Source: Balanoglossus misakiensis
Lineage: Eukaryota; Animalia; Hemichordata
NCBI GenBank assembly: GCA_040954595.2
Contig: CM082588.2
Location: 6,646,202-6,710,201, forward strand
Length of the DNA: 64,000 nucleotides
Reading direction: 5' to 3'
Part shown: in pieces, positions 56,548-64,000 of the stretch
Position numbering within the stretch: position 1 is the first letter of the stretch
Layout of the letters: each line of letters opens with the position of its first letter
Program-made: the position numbers and the translations under genes
Notes under the pieces: generated by a model
The model's database searches: none
Told to the model about the DNA's origin: nothing
Seen by the model: only the letters and a program-made list of their open reading frames with translations

Positions 56548-57012
56548 ACGTTTTTTCACGGCCAGCGGAGTGCCGATGATCCTCAATCCAAACAGAAAAA
56601 GAGAAGTTTTCGCCAATGGTGAATTCATGTAGAAAGCACAAAATTCGACGTGCTTACCTTCTGGACAGTCGAAATAATTTTTGAAGACAGCATATCATCG
56701 CCGGTACATACGGCATATGATACTATCGGCCGGCTCCTATCTAAATTCTAATATATCAGGTATATCGCTCGACGGCATTCTCGCTGCATCGTGCGACTTC
56801 TCGCTTCATCGTAGTCGTAGTCGTAGTCGTAGGCTAAGATACATCACCATCTCTATCTATCTCGGCCTTCTGATTTATTAAATAATTCCTTTTCCCGCAC
56901 TTCACTTCCGTCGTCCTTCCTCCCGCACTCTTGTTCCTGGCTACACTGGGCAGAGATGCCAATCTCTGGGGAGCGTGCGATTCTCCCGTGATACCCGTCG
57001 TATCCTCTGCGG

Positions 57013-60000
57013 CTACACGCTGTCGTTGCCGGGACAATATGACCAATCACCGTAGCGCTGGGGCGGTTGCCGTTGTCTCTGGGGATATAGCCGGTGGCGG
57101 CTCATGTTCGAACGCCGGTAGGCGCGTGAACGTTGCCGCGGTGGGGACGAGCGGTGAACACAGTCACCCGGTTCGCTTCTATCATTTTCACTGTTTTCGG
57201 TAGCCGTGATAATTCGCTGTTTGTCCCGCCAGTCGACGCCGTCGTTACCCGTATAAGGTTTTAGGCGATCGTAGTGTATCACTCTTGGTCGGTAATTTCT
57301 ACCACGTTGAATTCTGAATAGCACATCGGACAATTTATCGGTGATGAGGTAGGGGCCGTCCCACCGGCGGGATGCTAACTTTCTTGAAGTCCCCTTTTTG
57401 AACGCCTCGATGTGAAGCCAGACGAACTGGCCAACTTCAAGTGGAGTTCCTGATGCACGATTGTCGTATTCTCGCTTCTGTGTAACCGCACTCTTTTTCA
57501 GTGCAAGGCGGGCGCGCTCGTGCGCCAGTTGCATCCTCTTACGGAGTTGTAGTGCATAATCTGTATTCTCGTTCTGGTCGGGTTCGGGTGTGGGGCCGTG
57601 TAGTAAATCTATTGGTAGTGCGACTTCTCTACCGAGCATCAACATCGCCGGTGTTTCCGACGTACTCGCCTGGACGCTACTTCGGTACGCCATCATCGCG
57701 TACGGGACCACAAGATCCCAATCGGATTGGTCGGGGTTGACCAAGATTGAAACTGACTGCGAAATTGTCCTCATAAACCGTTCGACGTATCCATCACTCT
57801 TTGGGTTGTAGGGCGCTGTGCGGGTTTTCTTAATGCCTAGCAGCCGACATACTTCTGACATAACCCGTGACTCGAAGTTTGCACCTTGGTCGGAATGAAG
57901 TTGACGTGGTGTGCCGAAACGGGTTATAAACTCGCCGGCCAATTTCTCGGCGACCGTCGCAGCCTCTTGGTTAGGGATGGGGTACGCCTCTACCCACTTG
58001 GTGAAATAATCGCCGATGACCAAAATCCACCTGTTGTTGCGTTCGGTGATAGGAAAGGGGCCAATTATATCGAATGCCACTCGATCAAGAGGGGATCCGA
58101 CGACGTACTGTTGAAGCCGTCCACGACGTTTTCGTCCATGGCTCTTTCTAGCAGCACATACGTCGCATCGTCTGATCATCGCCCTAATGTCGTTCGTCGC
58201 ACCATACCAATAATACCGTTGGAGAATTTTCCGTTTCGTCTTAAAAACACCAAAATGAGCTGCAGTTTTGGCCGAATGTAACTCGTCGAATATTTCGTCT
58301 TTGAGTGAGCACGGGGGAATCAGTAATAATCGGTGGGTATTGTCTCGGCTGGATATCCATCGCCGATAAAGTACGCCGTCGTGAATTTCTAGCAAATCCC
58401 ACGAACCCCAATATGCCTTTACTGCTGAACTGGAAGGGGATACCGTTTGCCAGTCTGGGCGCGTATCGTCACCTTCCTTCAGTCGTAATATTGGGCCAAC
58501 GTCGGGATCATCCAGTTGTAGTTTTCGCAGTGTTTCGTTGTCATAACGTAGTTGTAGGCCAATTGCATTTGTCGTTTTCTCTTCCGGGTCGTCGTCGACA
58601 TCAGGACAACTTGATTTACGACGCTCGGTTTCGGGTCCGGTTGACGTCGACGTTGGCAGGTCCCCGGTTGATGATGAGTTTGTGTTCGCTGGGTCGGTCT
58701 CGGTCTGTGTTGCTGTCGATTGGTAACCTGGCACCGTCACCTTCGCTAACGTTGGTGCGTTCTCTCGGTCGGCGGGCCTATCGCTGGGGTGGGCTCGTCC
58801 ACACTGTCGGCACGGCCTCCTTGACAGGCCGTCTGCATTCTGATGTTTCTTTCCCGGTCGATGTATTATTTTGTAGTCGAATTCGCTTATAACTTCGAGC
58901 CAACGAGCCAGTTGTCCTTCAGGTTCCTTGAAGTTGACAAGCCATCGGAGAGAGGCGTGGTCTGTTCGAAGTGTGAAGGGCTGACCGTATAAATATGGGC
59001 GAAAGTGTTTCATGAAGTGGACCGCTGCGAGTAATTCTTTCCGCGAAACACAGTAGTTCCGCTCGGCTTTCGATAGACTCCGGCTGGCAAAGCTGATGAC
59101 TCGTTCAACGCCGTTTTCGATTTGAGAGAGGACGCCGCCTATCCCAAACTTACTAGCGTCGGTGTCGAGGATGAGGGGAGCATCGGGGATTGGATAAGCT
59201 AACACTGGCGCACTTATGAGCTTTCCTTTGAGAGTGTTGAAGGCGCAGTCGCATTCGTTGTCCCAGAAGAAGGGTTGGTTTTTCTCGGTCAGCCTGGTAA
59301 GGGGTCTCGCGATGATTGAAAAGTTGTGGACGAACCGGCGATAGTAAGACGCAAGGCCTAAGAATGCGCGAACTTCATGCACGTTTGTCGGTGTGGGCCA
59401 AAACTTGACGGCTTCGACCTTTTTGGGGCTCGTTTCGATTCCGGCGGCGGAAACGCGATGGCCTAAATAGTCGACTTGTTTCTGAAACAATTTGCATTTA
59501 CTGGGTTTCAACTTTAAGCCGGCTGTCTGCAAACGATGGAATACCATGTCTAGTCGTTCTAACATTTGGTCGAAGGAAGAGGCGAAAACGATGATATCGT
59601 CTAAATACAACAGCAGGATCTCCCATTGTAACCCTGCCAGTGCGTACTCCATCAGTCGTTGAAAAGTTGCCGGCGCGTTGCAAAGTCCGAACGGCATCAC
59701 TTTCCACTGAAACAGGCCGTTCCATGTTGTGAAGGCAGTCTTTTCTTTGGCATCGTCGTCGAGTGCCACCTGCCAAAAGCCACTGGTGAGGTCGAGCGTT
59801 GTGAACCAGCAAGCTCCGGCAAGTGCGTTGACACTGTCTTCGATTCGTGGTATGGCGTATGCATCCTTTTTCGTGATGTCGTTAAGACGGCGGTAGTCTA
59901 CACAGAACCGAGAGCTACCGTCCGATTTACGCACTAGAACAATCGGAGCAGCCCAGGGACTGTGAGATGGCTCGATTACGTCACTACGAAGCATCTCATT

Positions 60001-61150
60001 CACTAATTTGGTCGTCTCTTCCCGAGTCCAGGGGGATTGTCGTCGGGGTTGTTGTCTGAGCGGTGGATGATCACCAGTTGAAATATGATGTTTCGTTATG
60101 TTGCTCCGGCCGACGTCGCTTTTATCTCTGGAGAAAATATTCTCCCATTTGCAGAGAAAGTCGGCAATTTTCCCCGCATTCGATTTTCCCACTGTCTCGA
60201 GACTTTCCTTATATATATCTTCCAGATGCGTCGGTATCGGTTTAGGTGGGGTGGAGAATTCGTTCTTAGGGTCACTAATCGCTGGCTCCACAGGTTGGGG
60301 AAGAATTGTTGTATCGGTGCTGGTAGTTACGGCGACCACCGTACCACGCCGAATGAAGTGGTCCTTTTCGCTGACGTTCAATAATCGCAATGGCACGTTT
60401 CTATTGGCGGTACTGACTAAAATTCTTCCGACGACAACACCGTGTTTCGCCGCCAGATTACCTCGTGTTGGCTCGACAACACCACAAATACTACCTGTGA
60501 TGGGACGGGATAAATGACCAGCGATGACCACCTCATGACCGGCAGGCACGACGACGTCGTGTGTCACTGACACCCGGGCAGTCAGGTTTCCTCCCCGCCG
60601 GTCCAACAAGGGGACGTCTCCGTCGTGAAATCCCAACGTCAAAGAATGCGTACGAATTTCTGCCTGACCCTGTAGTAAGTAGTCGCCCCCCAGAATTACA
60701 TTTTCACTAATGTCGGCAACGAATGCATGCATTTCCGTCGTATTATTACCCACCGAAATATTGAAGTCGGCCTCCCCGTAAAGAAAAAGACGTGTAGACC
60801 CATCGGCCATGGACGGTTGAATAGTTGACGGGGCTAGCGGAGGGCGACGAGACTCCGGTAACTTATTATACACTTGCTTTGAAATTATTGTGATTTCCGA
60901 CCCGCTATCAATGAAAGAACAAACGTCTAACCCATTGATTCGAGTCATTACGTAGAACGCCGGTCGCAAATTATGACTAAAACCATTGTCGTCATTCTGT
61001 CGTTTATTGGAACCGGGGGAAAAAGTAACATCTCTGTTGCCGTTGCGGTTTGCTGGTCGATGGTGGGGTCTTACAAATTTCGGGGGCGGGGCTGGGTACC
61101 GTTGTCCGACCTCGCGTTGCCCCTGTCGTTTGGTCGGCTGTCGTTTCCCC
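57013..61150 (-). CDS. pol: Gypsy Pol: protease, RT, RNase H, integrase; expressed by -1 frameshift from gag
   Basis: FIDSGS, FCVDYRRLN, MPFGLCNAPATFQR, YLDD, DTDAS, H..H..C..C, D-D-E core, WDGPY. No stops. Confidence 0.97.
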
Positions 61151-62654
61151 CGTCCTGACGATGGGGGCAAGATCGGCGCAAATGTCCCTTTTCTCCGCAG
61201 AGAAAACATTCGCCCCGCTGATACCTTCTCTGTGTTTCGTCGCTCCAAGAATCGCGACGATCAGGAGGTCGGTCCGATGAAGTCCGTTCGTTCCGGACAC
61301 GCAGGACTGAGCCGTTGTAGGATGTAGCTTCGTCGATGTTATGATCAGTCTGTTGGATGCGTCGAGATAAGGGGCGGCGGCGATTCGCCCGGTCGTCCTC
61401 AGCTAGGAAATAGGCCTCCAGGGAGATGGCCGTTCGGATCGCGTCGTTCATTGACTTCGGTTGGGAACGGTGCAGATCCATGCGCAACATCGGGTCGGTA
61501 AGGGCTGTCTCGAAGTACTGCCTCGCTAATCTGTCTACGGCGGTAGAATCGAGCTCAGGATAGGCGCATTCGGTGAGCTCTAGGATGGAGTTTCCGAATT
61601 CTGCGAGGGATTCGTCGCGACGGCGACGTCGACTTTGTAGCTGAAACAGAAACTTTTCAGCTTGGCCGACGGTGCTGTACTGGTTGTCCAATTGTCGAAC
61701 TAAACGGGCATACGTCACCTTACCATTATTCTCTAATCGCTTTAACACTTTCTGGGCGGGGCCATTCAGCAAGGCTGCTAGAAACTGACCTTTTTGTGCT
61801 TCATTCCAGCCATTAAGCAGGGAACAATATTGGAAATGGGATTTATAATCTTCCCATGATATTATTCCGTCAAATCGGTCGGGCATAACCAGTGGGCGGT
61901 GAGGGGGGCGTATCCCATACGGTCCATGAGGGTGAGGTGTGACGTTCACATTCATTTCGTCGTTTAGGCGGTGATACGGATAGGGTACAGCGTCGGCAGA
62001 GAAATGGTCGGGATAATCTCGGTCGGTCGTGCTGGAGCGCTGATCGTCGTTTTTGCGTATATTACGGTGCTGTTCAGACGGAGACAAAGCTGATTCCTCA
62101 CGTCTTCGAGTACTAGGGTCGTGGTCATACGACACCGGGACTACGGTAGGTCTTTCTGGGGGAGATTCGAAGTTGGGTGTAGACGTGCGGAGGTCGAACC
62201 GCACGGCGTTTCGTTCGATCGTCGACTCCCGCTGCGGTGGCACGACTGGAGAACGGTGTTTTGGTCGCCCCCCTTGTTGTTCATATATTTTCGGGGATGA
62301 CGTCGATTCGTCGGTATTAGACAACGGAGATTGGGGGACGAATCGGCTGAGTTGGTCGCCAGAGGGTCCTGGGGTCGAGAGTTGTGGGCCAGGCGAGTGC
62401 GTGACGGGGCTGTTTTGTTTAGGTGCCGCTGAACCGAATAACGTGGACCGCACCCTCCCGACAGTTTTCGACAAAACTTCGGCAAAGGGGCTGTGTACTT
62501 TGGCAGGACCTCCACTCATGGGGCCACAAGTACTCTCTTCGGAGTCGGACGTATCAGGTGATTTGTTCGATGCCTTAAACATTATTACCTTATCGGTGTC
62601 ATCTAAACTACTTGTTCTGTCGACAGCCGATGTGCTGTCGTCGGGGGCTGACAT
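61071..62654 (-). CDS. gag: Gypsy Gag
   Basis: PDRFDGIISWEDY...F...NGW capsid-like region and zinc knuckle CFLCGEKGHLRRSC. Confidence 0.95.
   Translation of the reverse strand: MSAPDDSTSAVDRTSSLDDTDKVIMFKASNKSPDTSDSEESTCGPMSGGPAKVHSPFAEVLSKTVGRVRSTLFGSAAPKQNSPVTHSPGPQLSTPGPSGDQLSRFVPQSPLSNTDESTSSPKIYEQQGGRPKHRSPVVPPQRESTIERNAVRFDLRTSTPNFESPPERPTVVPVSYDHDPSTRRREESALSPSEQHRNIRKNDDQRSSTTDRDYPDHFSADAVPYPYHRLNDEMNVNVTPHPHGPYGIRPPHRPLVMPDRFDGIISWEDYKSHFQYCSLLNGWNEAQKGQFLAALLNGPAQKVLKRLENNGKVTYARLVRQLDNQYSTVGQAEKFLFQLQSRRRRRDESLAEFGNSILELTECAYPELDSTAVDRLARQYFETALTDPMLRMDLHRSQPKSMNDAIRTAISLEAYFLAEDDRANRRRPLSRRIQQTDHNIDEATSYNGSVLRVRNERTSSDRPPDRRDSWSDETQRRYQRGECFLCGEKGHLRRSCPHRQDGGNDSRPNDRGNARSDNGTQPRPRNL
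61143..61149 (-). other. -1 ribosomal frameshift slippery heptamer G GGA AAC
   Basis: In gag frame (GAC GGG GGA AAC) just after the CCHC knuckle, within the gag/pol overlap. Confidence 0.75.
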
Positions 62655-62742
62655 AATTTTCGAAGGGGAGTTAAGTTCTCGATTTCAGTTTTATTTCGTT
62701 GGTCGCTCAACTTGTGCTCTCGTACTACAGTCTCTGACGTAA

Positions 62743-62761
62743 AATCCCACCGCTGCCACCA
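62743..62761 (-). other. Primer-binding site, complementary to a tRNA-Leu 3' end
   Basis: TGGTGGCAGCGGTGGGATT, 2 nt downstream of the 5' LTR on the minus strand. Confidence 0.85.
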
Positions 62762-62763
62762 AT

Positions 62764-63328
62764 TGTCGAGATTTTTCCTTCGTCGTTATTATTACGTTGA
62801 GACTGGTCAGGTGATCAGTAAGGGTAACGACCTTACACCCGAGTGACAGAGCGCACAAGGACAAAATAATAAAGTGTAGAAGCCAACGTGGCGTATTTAT
62901 TAACTGAACACGAAAAATTATCAACAATACTACGTAAAAATGAAGAGCTGTACCTTCTTTGCTGTTGCTGGTGTGGCCTCGATAAGAAAAACCCCTTGAG
63001 CGACCCCGTTTTAAAGAGAATCGCTACTTATATACCCTCGGGTCGGATTCAAAATCAGAAAAGCTAATTTGCATATCGGACGTCGGAGAAAGCACCTAAA
63101 ATCTACATATCATGTCGGCTTCAAGCCAAGAAAAGTAGCTAAATAAATGATTGACAGCTGTCGCTCGAAATCGTCGTTGCTAGACAACCAAAGGCAAACA
63201 TTGAATGAAAACTGAACGTGCGTACTAACAGGCTAATCGGTTTTGGCGCGTGTGCCGCGCCTGCTGAGTAATTACAAAAACCGCAAAGGCATTCAGAAAT
63301 GTAAAATGGACCTCGTTAAACCTCTACA
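62764..63328 (-). repeat. 5' LTR
   Basis: TG...CA ends, minus-strand TATATAAG at 63027-63034, followed by the PBS. Confidence 0.97.
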
Positions 63329-63520
63329 CTATTACCATAGCAAATTGAGATCTAGTCAATCACAGATTTTCAATGGTTGGCACACGCGAAAAAGGGCGCA
63401 AATAAGCCATTTCAGCCATTTGTGGGCATATTTAACTTGGAGCTGACTGTTTCCCTTTAACTAGTATTATTATTATTTATTTGTCATCAGGTATCGAGAA
63501 CACACGGCAAGTGATAATAC

Positions 63521-63832
63521 ATGTATCGTACAAGAAGCCAAACTCTCTACATCGGCGGGTATGCCATCCCTCGTGCCCGGGGAATCTGTGGGTGCCTTCT
63601 TCAATTCCATGGACTTTTCCTGTGCGTCCTCGGGGTCATCATGGTCTCGGTCAACCAATCGGGTGCTTCGTCCCTGACCTTCACCATCGTTGGACCGATC
63701 TTCCTGAGCGTTGGCTTCATCATGGTGGTCATCGGTATCCTCCTGTGCTGCCGACGGTTCGAGTGTCCACCACCGCCCATCCAGAATGAAGCTATCACCA
63801 TGGCCCGACTCACCGAGGTTCCAGTGGAGTAG
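63521..63832 (+). CDS. Small two-TM membrane protein (103 aa), family unassigned
   Basis: Two hydrophobic helices (LFLCVLGVIMVSV; FTIVGPIFLSVGFIMVVIGILL), then CCRR and PPPP. Acceptor-like TTTGTCATCAG ends at ~63490; composition is coding-like. Confidence 0.55.
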   Translation: MYRTRSQTLYIGGYAIPRARGICGCLLQFHGLFLCVLGVIMVSVNQSGASSLTFTIVGPIFLSVGFIMVVIGILLCCRRFECPPPPIQNEAITMARLTEVPVE

Positions 63833-64000
63833 GACGCTACGCCATATTGGAAATTCTGCCAAATTTCCCTCGATTTTGTAAAACATTGCGCGACTTATAC
63901 ATGACGAATATGTTTTTTTCCGAAAGAGTGACCTCAAAGCCACCAAATTATGTAGAAATCAGCTACGCCGGATTTCCCCTTTAATATTACTCCCATTTTT

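Larger units (their letters stand above)
54965..63328 (-). mobile_element. Full-length Ty3/Gypsy LTR retrotransposon
   Basis: 565-bp TG...CA LTRs at 54965-55529 and 62764-63328, with one mismatch seen. TSD CTAT at 54961-54964 and 63329-63332. PBS, PPT, gag and pol are intact. Confidence 0.98.

Noticed and set aside
57501-62742. Multiple plus-strand ORFs inside the Gypsy element
   Set aside because: Antisense shadows of gag/pol, with mostly non-ATG starts and no recognisable domains.
62743-62761. tRNA gene
   Set aside because: Only 19 nt complementary to a tRNA 3' end; this is the PBS.
63473-63946. 157-aa acidic minus-strand ORF
   Set aside because: Antisense of the hydrophobic plus-strand exon, which has the ATG, acceptor and TM pattern.

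Overview
AT-rich, intron-containing metazoan genomic DNA, probably a marine invertebrate (inferred from composition and repeat style, not proven). Host genes: a 5' coding fragment of a ZDHHC22-like palmitoyltransferase (-), a two-exon GT32/DXD glycosyltransferase (+), a seven-exon raftlin-like gene (-), a complete multi-exon ASK-family MAP3K (-, 29109-49071), an intronless orphan ORF split by a transposon (-), and a small two-TM protein exon (+). Mobile DNA: a young, intact Ty3/Gypsy LTR element (54965-63328) with an extra 3' ORF that has its own CCAAT/TATA candidate promoter; a Mutator-like foldback element with a 9-bp TSD and satellite arms (50925-53973); several MITE families; and a ~7.5 kb composite satellite block. 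The most unusual object is at the window start. A probable foldback element with inverted 180-bp satellite arms encloses a pseudo-USP + Ulp1/SENP protease + ParB/Srx-fold gene, split by a one-base frameshift, and it ends inside the ZDHHC-like reading frame. All calls are by eye; no database search was run.
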